From: a candidate division FCPU426 bacterium
Lineage (GTDB): Bacteria > Oederibacteriota > JAAXVQ01 > JAUVAV01
Length of the DNA: 64,000 nucleotides
Assembly (NCBI GenBank): GCA_040756875.1
Contig: JBFLYH010000003.1
Coordinates: 160,001-224,000 of the forward strand
Direction: 5' to 3'
The position numbers and the translations under genes are program-made. The first letter of the stretch is position 1; each line of letters begins with the position of its first letter. This document shows, one piece after another, positions 1 through 8,512 of the stretch. Below the pieces are notes generated by a model. The model made no database searches and was not told the DNA's origin. It saw only the letters and a list, made by a program, of their open reading frames with translations.

Positions 1-2013
1 AAAATCACTCCAGTTGGTGAAACTGAAATTACTATTGATAAATATTTCATCTTGCTCATTTTTATCACTAATATCATAGATACTCAATATCTTTCTTTTG
101 AAATCTTTAGTGAAAAAAGGGCACGAAAGAAGATCAAAAAGTAGTAGTGTCAATTCCGCTTTTTTTATTCTTTTTTCCTGCGGAACTTCAGAGATGGTTT
201 CACAAATATACTGTTGCAATATACATTTCAACATATTATAACGTGGTTTATTTTCTATATAGAACAACAGAACAGTTATCGAGAAATAATTCAGTTTATA
301 TTTAACCTGTTTTTCCTCAAGATCAATATTAAAACACTTGCCCAACACTTCTTCTTCTAACCGGTAATCCCTCCCCAGTTCTTTTAATGCCGTAAGAAGA
401 TAAAGCGTTTCAATTTGATAATACTCCGTATTTTTATTTTTATTGATAATAATAAATATATTGTCATATATTTTTTTAAATATTACGTTTTTATTTTCAT
501 TGTTAAAATTGCCTTTAATTTTTGCTGCCTTAATCACTTTACTAATTATCATACATAATTTAATCGTCGTATTAACTCTCGGCGATACAGAATATATAAA
601 AAATACGAATTCCAGTAATTCTAATATTGCTTTAGTCACCTTCTTTTCCTGAGCACGTTTATCTTCAATACCGCAATATATTTTAATAAGTTTCAATATC
701 CTTCTATCAATACCAGCAAGTGTATAATTCAAAACATCCTTATATTCGATTCCGGCGTTATAAATAATTATTTTAAATTTTGTGATCAACTTATTCGAAC
801 TGATATATATTGAGTACTTTTTATCACCTTCATCAGTATCATCAGCAGCATCTGTATCAATATTATCTTTTAATTCAGCAGATACTTTGTATTTCATATA
901 TTTATTCAGCAAGTCGCTAATATTTGATTTCGCAATTGTTATTTTAGTAATAATGGGTTTTTTAAATAACATTGTTTTCGAGTCGTTAATATATAAATTG
1001 TATTCTTTTAATTGACGTCTATATTCTTTTACTATTTCAGTTTTGGTTTTTTCATCATTAAAATAAACAAAATAGTCATCTACATAACGGTATATTTCGT
1101 AGTCATTTTTATAATATATTCTATTTTTCTCTAATCCGCGTAAAACATTCAAATCAATTTTTTGCATTATTATTTCAGCAAATATTCTTGAAAACTCAGG
1201 ACCAATAACAATTCCATTGGTTTCTCCATAGTTCATGTTCTGCATCATAGTATCGAACTTCCCACCAAATGTAGCTTTAGATTCTTCCGTCTTTTCTTTT
1301 ACTATTTCCTTATTCAATATTGCCCAAGAAATGGAGTGGCTATAAATACTATCAAAGCACTTTAAGATATCGAATTTCATCATTTCGTTATATTTTTTTT
1401 CACATTCATGATACTTGTATGATTCGTAAAATTTGTATACATTGCTAAATTCTTTATATGTGAAATATGTTTTCAAACTTTCATATTCTTTATCATATTC
1501 TTCCATCGATTTGTGCTCGTGATCATGAGCTAACAATTCCAAATGTGTTTTATCTTTATAGTAGATATGTTTTGCCGTTTTATATGGTCTCCTGATTGAG
1601 AAAGGGCTAATATTACAATAATATAAAATCATTTCCTTATATTTATCATAGTGTTCAATTACTGCCAGTTGATTCTTTGGATGGATAATTGTTAATTGTC
1701 TAAAATCATTTTCATTATGGGATATCCTATAATTAAATGGTATCGTTGTGTAGTCCTTCGCACATTTCAGAGATATACTTTGATTTACAATAGGCATGTT
1801 TTTTGGAAAACCAAATAATAATTTTATAACTGACCCAAAAGACGGTTCGCTATTTCCCCATTTTAGTTTATTTTCCGCAAGGCATATTTTGTTACGATTA
1901 ATAAATTCTCGAAAACGCCGGTTTGAAAATGATATCGGAATTTCATATGGTAAAACATCGGAAAGAATCACTCTTTCTTTTTTCATACTTATCTTTTTTT
2001 TCTTGTGCTTCAT
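1..2013 (-). CDS. drt3b: Antiviral reverse transcriptase Drt3b (UG8-like), DRT type 3; 3' end runs off the window
   Basis: Not in the ORF track (no stop in window). Manual translation from the ATG at 2013 gives MKHKKKKISMKKERVILSDVLPYEIPISFSNRRF...KFDILKCFDSIYSHSISWA...QNMNYGETNGIVIGPEFSRIFAEII...YRYVDDYF (YVDD at about 1075-1086)...AELTLLLFDLLSCPFF...FSFTNWSDF. 671 codons to the edge; the N-terminal, RT-core and C-terminal segments I translated are in one frame. Starts 11 nt after the drt3a stop. Confidence 0.9.
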   Translation of the reverse strand, partial: MKHKKKKISMKKERVILSDVLPYEIPISFSNRRFREFINRNKICLAENKLKWGNSEPSFGSVIKLLFGFPKNMPIVNQSISLKCAKDYTTIPFNYRISHNENDFRQLTIIHPKNQLAVIEHYDKYKEMILYYCNISPFSIRRPYKTAKHIYYKDKTHLELLAHDHEHKSMEEYDKEYESLKTYFTYKEFSNVYKFYESYKYHECEKKYNEMMKFDILKCFDSIYSHSISWAILNKEIVKEKTEESKATFGGKFDTMMQNMNYGETNGIVIGPEFSRIFAEIIMQKIDLNVLRGLEKNRIYYKNDYEIYRYVDDYFVYFNDEKTKTEIVKEYRRQLKEYNLYINDSKTMLFKKPIITKITIAKSNISDLLNKYMKYKVSAELKDNIDTDAADDTDEGDKKYSIYISSNKLITKFKIIIYNAGIEYKDVLNYTLAGIDRRILKLIKIYCGIEDKRAQEKKVTKAILELLEFVFFIYSVSPRVNTTIKLCMIISKVIKAAKIKGNFNNENKNVIFKKIYDNIFIIINKNKNTEYYQIETLYLLTALKELGRDYRLEEEVLGKCFNIDLEEKQVKYKLNYFSITVLLFYIENKPRYNMLKCILQQYICETISEVPQEKRIKKAELTLLLFDLLSCPFFTKDFKRKILSIYDISDKNEQDEIFINSNFSFTNWSDF

Positions 2014-2024
2014 TCCATTACCCT

Positions 2025-3344
2025 TTACCACATCTCAATTATTTTTTTTAATTCATATGATTCGAAAGGCGAATATCTCTTTGTCTCAAAACCTTCGCTA
2101 AAACTATACTTCAATAACCTAGCTTTAAGTTGGGAAGTATGTATTTCATTAATAATTTTAGTTCGTAAATAGTTATCCAAGTGTTGTAAATCTATCTTGT
2201 CCGTCAAATGACAATTAGAATAGTAAATACCCACTAATATATTTTGTTTATTGCCCTTTAACCGAGTATTTCCAGTTAAATATCTCACCCTTTTAACGAG
2301 TATTTTCCTCGCTTCTTTTTCATTAATTCTGCTTAAATTATTATAGTGATCGAATGACACATTTATTTTCTTGATATATTTCATATATTTTTGCTTAGTT
2401 AATTTTGTTTTGACCTGACCATCTTTAAACTCAATTCTATATCCAAGGTAATCAAATTCGCAAGATTGCTTTTTATCTAACAGGTTAAAGATAGTTGTTT
2501 TATCAATATTTATTTTTAATTCATATTTTTGTTCGATTATATCTTTTACTTGTGCTATGTAATCCGTTTTATCGCCCATTGAACTTGGAGTGAAAATAAT
2601 AACAATATCGTCAACATATCTTGAATAATATGCAAGATTAGGTAGCTTGTTGATTTCTTTATCAATTTGACTCATATATATTTCTGCAAAATAAGCGCTA
2701 ACTCCAATTCCCCTCGGAATGCCTTTTTCACTCCCGGATAATTTTTTATACTCACTAAATATTTGTCGTACAATTTTTTTCGAAGTAGGTGTTAATAGAT
2801 CATTCTCATTTATTTGATTTATCAATCTATCTCGCGGGATACTTTCATAAAAATTGCTTATATCCGTTCTTAATACCTGTTTCGGGAACTTGTCTCCAAT
2901 GATTTTCAATAATTGATCTATTATTGTATTTCTGCTTGATTGTTTAACACCAAATAGTTTCGAAACATTCATTTGCAATTGTTTCATAATAAAATACTGC
3001 TCCGGCTTATCTCTAATAACGTAAATAAATTTACCGTCTTTATTTTTATTTGCTATTATTTCTACTTTAAAATCAGTCATCAATGCTTTTTGACTGACCT
3101 CCTCCAATTTCGCAGTTAGTTCTTTTTCCTTTTGTTCTTTTAGTTTTATTCTTTCACAATATATTTTATTACTTTCATCTTTAGTTAATTCTTTATTTTC
3201 TCTCAGCCGTATCGAATACTGTTTAATTTGTTCGGAGATTTTCTTAAGATCCGGAAAATATCTTCCCTCGAGATATATTCCTTTCCTATTTTCCAGATCC
3301 AATATTCTTCTAAAATTTTCTGCTGAAAACGATTGGCTTAGCAC
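2025..3344 (-). CDS. drt3a: Antiviral reverse transcriptase Drt3a (UG3-like), DRT type 3
   Basis: 439 aa; RT motifs RTDISNFYESI, GIPRGIGVSAYFAEIYM, RYVDDIVI, FDYLGY. GTG start with a purine-rich RBS. Directly upstream of a second, larger RT. Confidence 0.88.
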   Translation of the reverse strand: MLSQSFSAENFRRILDLENRKGIYLEGRYFPDLKKISEQIKQYSIRLRENKELTKDESNKIYCERIKLKEQKEKELTAKLEEVSQKALMTDFKVEIIANKNKDGKFIYVIRDKPEQYFIMKQLQMNVSKLFGVKQSSRNTIIDQLLKIIGDKFPKQVLRTDISNFYESIPRDRLINQINENDLLTPTSKKIVRQIFSEYKKLSGSEKGIPRGIGVSAYFAEIYMSQIDKEINKLPNLAYYSRYVDDIVIIFTPSSMGDKTDYIAQVKDIIEQKYELKINIDKTTIFNLLDKKQSCEFDYLGYRIEFKDGQVKTKLTKQKYMKYIKKINVSFDHYNNLSRINEKEARKILVKRVRYLTGNTRLKGNKQNILVGIYYSNCHLTDKIDLQHLDNYLRTKIINEIHTSQLKARLLKYSFSEGFETKRYSPFESYELKKIIEMW

Positions 3345-3447
3345 GGGTTAAAAGCCACCCCCTCTATATGACAATACCGAGAATATCTAGATTCAAAATA
3401 TCGAAAGAAGTATAATGACCTCAGTTTCTATTTACTTCGTTGCCTTT

Positions 3448-4284
3448 TCATCCTAGATATGCTAAAAGTGCCCCAGTAAAATGTAATGCTAATTGAGCAT
3501 CTTTAGGTTCCATAATTACACTATTTTGCTGTTCATGTCTTGCCAAGTGTAGATACCCAGAAAGTTCAACAATTATAGAATTAATTTTATCTGCTTTCTG
3601 ATGATCAGACACAATTTTATTTATAGCTTCTAAACCCCGCCCCATATCATCGCTTCCCGATGTATCTTTTATTAATGCTTCAAATGCTTTTCGACAATTC
3701 ATTAATGTTTCATCCCACAAGCCTCGCCGATAACAATTTATAGCATCATTAAATCGATCCAATGCCCGAGCTACATTTGGTTTTCGTTGAATACTACGCG
3801 CAGGTAATTCTATCAATTCAACTTCTGACCACGCAAACATTCTAAGGTGCTTAATCCATTCCGATTGAGGAATATGATAGTCTATCCTTGTATCTTCGGT
3901 TATTTGTTTATAAACCGGTTGTCCAAGTACAATCGGTTTAGGTTCCGTCTCAACTTGACATACTAGTGCTTGGGCATAAATTGTAAAATCAACATCGCCT
4001 CCCGCACGCTGCTCTTCAATATATTTCAAGACATTAGGCGTAAACTGAATCTCAATTGATCCTTGGGTGACTGTTCCTGGTTGTATTATTGGGGATAATA
4101 TATTCATTATTTTACCTTCAGCAATTGATGTTCCAGTTTTGCCGATAACCTTTACCCACACATCTAGAATGCATATAGCACACGTAGATTGGTTTCTTAT
4201 TTCACATTTTAATTCAAGAAGTCTAAGCGGAAGGCCACTTGAATAGCATTCCTTAATGGTTGTTGATAGCCTAACTTGTTCCAT
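3448..4284 (-). CDS. Hypothetical protein with a C-terminal HEPN/DUF4145-like helical domain
   Basis: 278 aa, GAGGTG RBS. The tail ALDRFNDAINCYRRGLWDETLMNCRKAFEAL...YLHLARHE...DAQLALHFTGALLAYL resembles DUF4145/Abi-type helical bundles. Confidence 0.55.
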   Translation of the reverse strand: MEQVRLSTTIKECYSSGLPLRLLELKCEIRNQSTCAICILDVWVKVIGKTGTSIAEGKIMNILSPIIQPGTVTQGSIEIQFTPNVLKYIEEQRAGGDVDFTIYAQALVCQVETEPKPIVLGQPVYKQITEDTRIDYHIPQSEWIKHLRMFAWSEVELIELPARSIQRKPNVARALDRFNDAINCYRRGLWDETLMNCRKAFEALIKDTSGSDDMGRGLEAINKIVSDHQKADKINSIIVELSGYLHLARHEQQNSVIMEPKDAQLALHFTGALLAYLG

Positions 4285-4420
4285 CAGTCACCTCATTGTA
4301 ATTGGGAACGTTGTTTGAATGATTAGGGCCGGAGTTAACTTATTAACTTAATCGCCGCGCTAGCTCCGCCCTTTTATCGATTATAACGGCTAGTATTGCC
4401 AGTTTGCCGCACAGTTTGCT

Positions 4421-5587
4421 TTACTTAATAATTGCCAACCTTGCTTTTCCAAGTTCTTTACCATCCATCATCAAATACGCCAGATAAATCCCATGTGGTA
4501 TATCTGAGCAATCCCAAATCACCGCTTGCCCTCTACCAGCCGATAGTGACTTTTCAATACTACTAACCGGTTCACCAACTACATTAAATATCAGGATTTG
4601 AATCTTTACCGCTCTATCCAAATTCATGATAAACCGCACTTGGTCTCTGGCGGGATTAGGCGAAACCATAAATAACTTCCCCGTCATATCAATATCTGCA
4701 AGTGTTCTTCCGGAGGTGGGAGTACGAGTCGCGGTATTGGAAATCGTAGTACTAGTAGGGGATACGTAAGGAGTCACAGTAAAAGAAGGCGAAATTGTCG
4801 GTGAAATGGTTATTGAAACAGAAGGAGTCAGAGTTAATGTTGGTGTTGAAGTGAGTGTGCCCGAATAGGTAAAGGTAGGCGTAATAGTTGGAGACGGAGT
4901 AAAAGTAGGAGAAATAGTATAAGTCGGAGTAATAGTCGGTGTTGGTGTAATGGTGGGGGTATTGGTTTTGGTGGCAGTGATCACGTCCAGGGTTATATCA
5001 TCCACGCGGATGAAACTAGCATCCGAAATGCCGTCGTCATAGGCGCGAAAAACCAGTTGGACGTTCTGGCCGCTATATACGCTTAAATTGAGATATTTGT
5101 CGATCCGTGTCCAGCCAGGTGTGGGTGTGGGCTGGACTAAAAACCCGTTGCCCTGCTCCCTGAAAAGCTGGATACCACCAAATGTGGCATCGGCATACAT
5201 CTGGGTCCCGAAAATATAGGTCACAAACCACTGATAGTAAGCGGTCAAGGTTGCGCCTAGTGCATCCCGAGGTATATCAATGTACTGAATAATACAAGAA
5301 TCAGAATAGCCGCCTAGACTGTTACCAGGCGCCACTACTGCAGTATTAGTAACGCCTGTGTGGTGGATCACGCCTTCATGCTGAGTGGGATAGAAAGTGG
5401 ACGGGCTAGCGGCAGTTACCCAGTTGGGAATACCACCCGCACCCGTAGTTTCAAAGTTGCCGTTTATAATAAGCTCTGTCGCCCAAGTTGTATTTACTCC
5501 GCCGATCAATACCAGTAAGAGAATGGATATAATTGAAGTTACTAACCAAGAAAGTAAAATGGGCAATTTACTTCTTTTAGGAGGCAA
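4421..5587 (-). CDS. Secreted protein: carbohydrate-binding-like beta-sandwich, Thr/Pro linker, T9SS type-A-like C-terminal domain
   Basis: Signal peptide, LIINGNFE...W...VDDITL jelly-roll signature, (TPTI)n linker, tail SPNPARD...WDC...GIYL...KARLAIIK. Confidence 0.7.
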   Translation of the reverse strand: MPPKRSKLPILLSWLVTSIISILLLVLIGGVNTTWATELIINGNFETTGAGGIPNWVTAASPSTFYPTQHEGVIHHTGVTNTAVVAPGNSLGGYSDSCIIQYIDIPRDALGATLTAYYQWFVTYIFGTQMYADATFGGIQLFREQGNGFLVQPTPTPGWTRIDKYLNLSVYSGQNVQLVFRAYDDGISDASFIRVDDITLDVITATKTNTPTITPTPTITPTYTISPTFTPSPTITPTFTYSGTLTSTPTLTLTPSVSITISPTISPSFTVTPYVSPTSTTISNTATRTPTSGRTLADIDMTGKLFMVSPNPARDQVRFIMNLDRAVKIQILIFNVVGEPVSSIEKSLSAGRGQAVIWDCSDIPHGIYLAYLMMDGKELGKARLAIIK

Positions 5588-5690
5588 GCAGGGGTCCTCC
5601 TGGGGTGATTTTGGCTTATTATCTACCGATTAGACTCGAATTCCACCCCAAAATAACATAAATTGCATATTTTTTTAAACAGTCAAAATC

Positions 5691-5876
5691 TCACCACGAA
5701 GGCACGAAGGTTGACACGAAGGACACGAAGGAAGCCGAGGGTAAAGTCCTAAATCTAAACCTGTAACTTCTCACCACGAAGGTACGAAGACTGACACGAA
5801 GAACTCGAAGGAGTTCAGGGTTAAAGCTTTTAAACTCCAGACTAGTCTTACGCTTTCCTTCGTGGCTTCGTGGTGA
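5691..5876. repeat. CACGAAG-unit palindromic repeat (half copy plus full copy)
   Basis: TCACCACGAAG-GCACGAAG-GTTGACACGAAG-GACACGAAG arms at 5691 and 5771; inverted arm CTTCGTGGCTTCGTGGTGA ends at 5876. Confidence 0.85.
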
Positions 5877-5894
5877 AGCCTTGTTTGGATAATG

Positions 5895-5963
5895 GGGACG
5901 TTGTTTAAATGTCAAAATGACGACTAACCCAGATTGCTTCGGGCCTTTCGGCCCTCGCAATGA
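5895..5963 (+). repeat. 69-bp direct repeat, copy 1 (REP-like hairpin GATTGCTTC...CTCGCAATGA), flanking the Fic gene
   Basis: 59/69 identical by manual alignment to 7059-7127. Confidence 0.8.
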
Positions 5964-5973
5964 TGCGCAAACG

Positions 5974-6981
5974 TCAGCTTAAATAATACTTTGTCGCCCG
6001 GGCTTTCCCTGCCATCCCGACGATTCCGGCTTTGATCAAAGGCGCGATCAGTTGATTGACCCTGGCCCGGTTGATTTTCATGGCTGCGCCGATGTCTTTG
6101 GAACTGCAGCCCGCGTTTTGCTTGATAAAATGAATAAGCTCTTCCTGCTTGCCTGAAAGCGCGATCTCCTTTTTAGGCGAAACCGCCAACTGGTAGATCC
6201 TGCCCAGGGCGCTCTCCAGGGTTTCCAAAACGCCCTGGGCGAGGTAATCCAGCCAGTAGGTCAAATCGTAATCCAGCTCCCGGGCCTGGCGGATTTTCTG
6301 GTAGTATTTTTCCCGGTCTTGGGCGAAATATTCATCCAGCGCGGCAATATGCGACGGATCGTACTGCCCGTGGTAGAGAATCCACAGCGAAACCGCCCTG
6401 GCCAGCCTGCCGTTGCCGTCGGCAAAGGGGTGGATGGTCACGAACTGGTGGTGGAACACGGCGCTGGCGATGACAGGGTTCATACCTTTTGCGCGCGCGA
6501 GCCATGCCAATAAATCGCGCATGAGTTTCGGAACCGCGGGCGCAGCGGGGGGGGTGTATGCCGTGCGGCCCTTGCCATCGAGCACGTAGTTCTGCACTTC
6601 GCGGTAGCGGCCGCATTTCTCGGGGTTGACCAATCCCCGGGTGATCATGCGGTGCAGGCGCAGCAGGTCCTTTTCAGCCACGGGTTTGTCCGCGTGGTCC
6701 AGCACCCATTGCAGGGCCTGGATATAATTGGCGACTTCCCTTTTCTGCCTTTCGTCCGCCCTGACCTCTTTTCGCCCGCGCAAGGCGGCCACCTGTTCGA
6801 GCGAAAGCCGGTTCCCCTCGATCCAGGTCGAAGAATGGACGTTGCGGTTGAATGCTTCGGTTTGGAGCATCAGCTTGGCCGGCAGACGAACGCGGCTCTT
6901 GCGGATATCCGCCTGGAGCGCCGCGATCTTTTCGATGCAGCCGAGGAAATATTCGGTAATGCGGTAATTGGGTCGGTACAT
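5974..6981 (-). CDS. Fic family protein with C-terminal winged HTH
   Basis: Canonical HPFADGNGRLAR motif, SSTWIEGN inhibitory-type motif, HTH-like tail. Confidence 0.92.
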   Translation of the reverse strand: MYRPNYRITEYFLGCIEKIAALQADIRKSRVRLPAKLMLQTEAFNRNVHSSTWIEGNRLSLEQVAALRGRKEVRADERQKREVANYIQALQWVLDHADKPVAEKDLLRLHRMITRGLVNPEKCGRYREVQNYVLDGKGRTAYTPPAAPAVPKLMRDLLAWLARAKGMNPVIASAVFHHQFVTIHPFADGNGRLARAVSLWILYHGQYDPSHIAALDEYFAQDREKYYQKIRQARELDYDLTYWLDYLAQGVLETLESALGRIYQLAVSPKKEIALSGKQEELIHFIKQNAGCSSKDIGAAMKINRARVNQLIAPLIKAGIVGMAGKARATKYYLS

Positions 6982-7017
6982 GTCCGGCCTCCAGACTGGA
7001 TTATGACATATCGTATA

Positions 7018-7041
7018 GGTATTGTCTAGGGTATTGTCTAG
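7018..7041. promoter_or_regulatory. Tandem 12-bp direct repeat upstream of the Fic gene, possible operator
   Basis: GGTATTGTCTAG twice, 36 nt upstream of the start of an HTH-bearing gene. Confidence 0.4.
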
Positions 7042-7058
7042 GGCTGCTGGCGGGCCAA

Positions 7059-7127
7059 GGGATGTTGTTTAGAGGTCAAAATGACAGGTAGCACAGATTG
7101 CTTCGGGCCTTCAGGCCCTCGCAATGA
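7059..7127 (+). repeat. 69-bp direct repeat, copy 2, flanking the Fic gene
   Basis: Matches 5895-5963. Confidence 0.8.
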
Positions 7128-7275
7128 CGTGCGAAAAGCAACTCCCCCCCACCTGTCCCTTGAAAGTAGATAGGAGAAAGTTGACCGCATTTGAGGCTCT
7201 ATCCACTATCTCCTATCGCCTCTCAAATGCTCTGCTGCTCGTAGTGCGAGCAGCTAGAGGGGGATTAAGGAGGAG

Positions 7276-7587
7276 TTATGCCGCTAATCTCGGATGCCTT
7301 TTCCCTTCCACTTTCAAGCGCAGCCCGATGCATTTGATCATTTTCATGATGTTCTCAATGCTGGGATTGCCTGTTTTCGAGGTCATGCGGTACAGGCTGG
7401 CGCGGTGAACCTTGCATTCCTTCGCCAAGCGGCTTATGCTTCCCTGCGCTTCCGCGACATCCCGCAGGGCCAGCAGAAACACTTTGGGATCGCCGTCTTC
7501 CAGGGCGGCGTTGAGGTACCCCACAGCCTCCTTGGGGTCCAGTAATTCTTTCATCAGGTCTTGTTTGTATTTGCGGTAGGGTTTCAT
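7276..7587 (-). CDS. Addiction-module antitoxin (HigA/HI1420-like HTH)
   Basis: YLNAALEDGDPKVFLLALRDVAEAQG-ISRLAKEC-VHRASLYR...GNPSI signature; overlaps the toxin stop (ATGA). Confidence 0.88.
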   Translation of the reverse strand: MKPYRKYKQDLMKELLDPKEAVGYLNAALEDGDPKVFLLALRDVAEAQGSISRLAKECKVHRASLYRMTSKTGNPSIENIMKMIKCIGLRLKVEGKRHPRLAA

Positions 7588-7910
7588 AGCATTCGCTCCT
7601 TGAAGTCCGCCCAGTATTGCTTCGCTTTATCGAGGTCCTTTTTCTGTGTTCCTTTGTCTCCACCGCAAAGTAAAAGGACAATCCGGTCTTTCCAATAACC
7701 AAAATAAGTTCTATAACCAGGGCCAAAATGAAGCCGCAGTTCCCAAACTTCCCCTGCGATGTGCCTGGCGTCGCTTTGAGCGCCCAAGCGCAACCTGTTC
7801 AACCCGGCCTCAACTCGCTTCTTTGTCACCCATTCCAAGTTGTACAGCCATTCACGAAACGGTGATTTTCCCGCGGGTGTTCGGTATATCCATAGTTCCC
7901 TAGTCTCTAC
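7584..7910 (-). CDS. Type II toxin, RelE/ParE (HigB/HI1419-like); start codon uncertain
   Basis: GKSPFREWL...LNRLRLG...VWELRLHFGPGYRTYFG...LLLCGGDKGTQKKD. The RBS GGGAGG precedes a GTA codon at 7910; the ORF-track start at 7961 lies in the promoter. Confidence 0.82.
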   Translation of the reverse strand, partial: VETRELWIYRTPAGKSPFREWLYNLEWVTKKRVEAGLNRLRLGAQSDARHIAGEVWELRLHFGPGYRTYFGYWKDRIVLLLCGGDKGTQKKDLDKAKQYWADFKERML

Positions 7911-7925
7911 CCTGCCGCCTCCCCG

Positions 7926-7954
7926 AGTGTCGCATATAAGCGACATCCTGTCAA
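7926..7954 (-). promoter_or_regulatory. Toxin-antitoxin promoter with palindromic operator
   Basis: TTGACA (7954-7949), 17-bp spacer, GACACT; inverted repeat TGTCGC-N6-GCGACA at 7928-7945. Confidence 0.65.
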
Positions 7955-8032
7955 ACCACAAAAGATGGTTTATAGGAAGTTAGACCGGCAGAACCTCTTT
8001 TTCATGCGCAGAAAATGCAAGGGAACCCAAAC

Positions 8033-8306
8033 TCACCACGAAGGCACGAAGGTTGACACGAAGGACTCGAAGGAGTTCAGGGTTAAAATCATTAACCCTA
8101 GCCCTGCTTTTCTTCGTGCTCTTCGTGGCTTCGTGGTGAGATTGAAAGCCTTTACCACGAAGGCACGAAGGCTGACACAAAGGACACGAAGGAGTTCGGG
8201 GTTTAAGTCTTAAATCCAATCCACTTTTTTACCTTTTATTATTCATTCGTGCTCTTCGTGATCCATCTTTAAATGCGGACCCCGAAGGCGCGAAGATTGA
8301 CGCGAA
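8033..8306. repeat. CACGAAG-unit palindromic repeats (two copies plus a degenerate arm)
   Basis: Full copy 8033-8139 with internal GGGTTAA..TTAACCC stem, second copy about 8154-8260, remnant arm about 8281-8306. Confidence 0.85.
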
Positions 8307-8512
8307 GCCAGCCCCCCCTGTCCTGGCGGCTGCGGTCAACCGGCGCCTGGCATTGGCAACAAATTTTACCCTCCGGAAGACCTTTCGCTTTCGAGACTGA
8401 ATGTGAAATGATATAGTAAATTTAATGATTGGCCCGGGTTCAGGGCCGGCGGGCAGGACGGAAACCGGCCAAGACGAATTGAGCTTCCATTCTTCGGAGA
8501 GGCGGGCGAGAG

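Noticed and set aside
443-2101. Short plus-strand ORFs (443-652, 782-1015, 1796-2101)
   Set aside because: Antisense shadows of the drt3b/drt3a reading frames.
2025-3344. Retron, group II intron or DGR interpretation of the RT
   Set aside because: No maturase or endonuclease domain, no msr-msd inverted repeats or TR/VR pair seen; the tandem two-RT layout fits DRT3.
3345-3447. Possible site of the DRT3 ncRNA
   Set aside because: Only 103 nt, with no convincing stems or AC-repeat tract by eye; more likely promoter and RBS.
4325-4420. attC-like site (hairpin plus TAACGGC half-site)
   Set aside because: No complete paired R/L box structure, no second copy and no integron integrase in the window.
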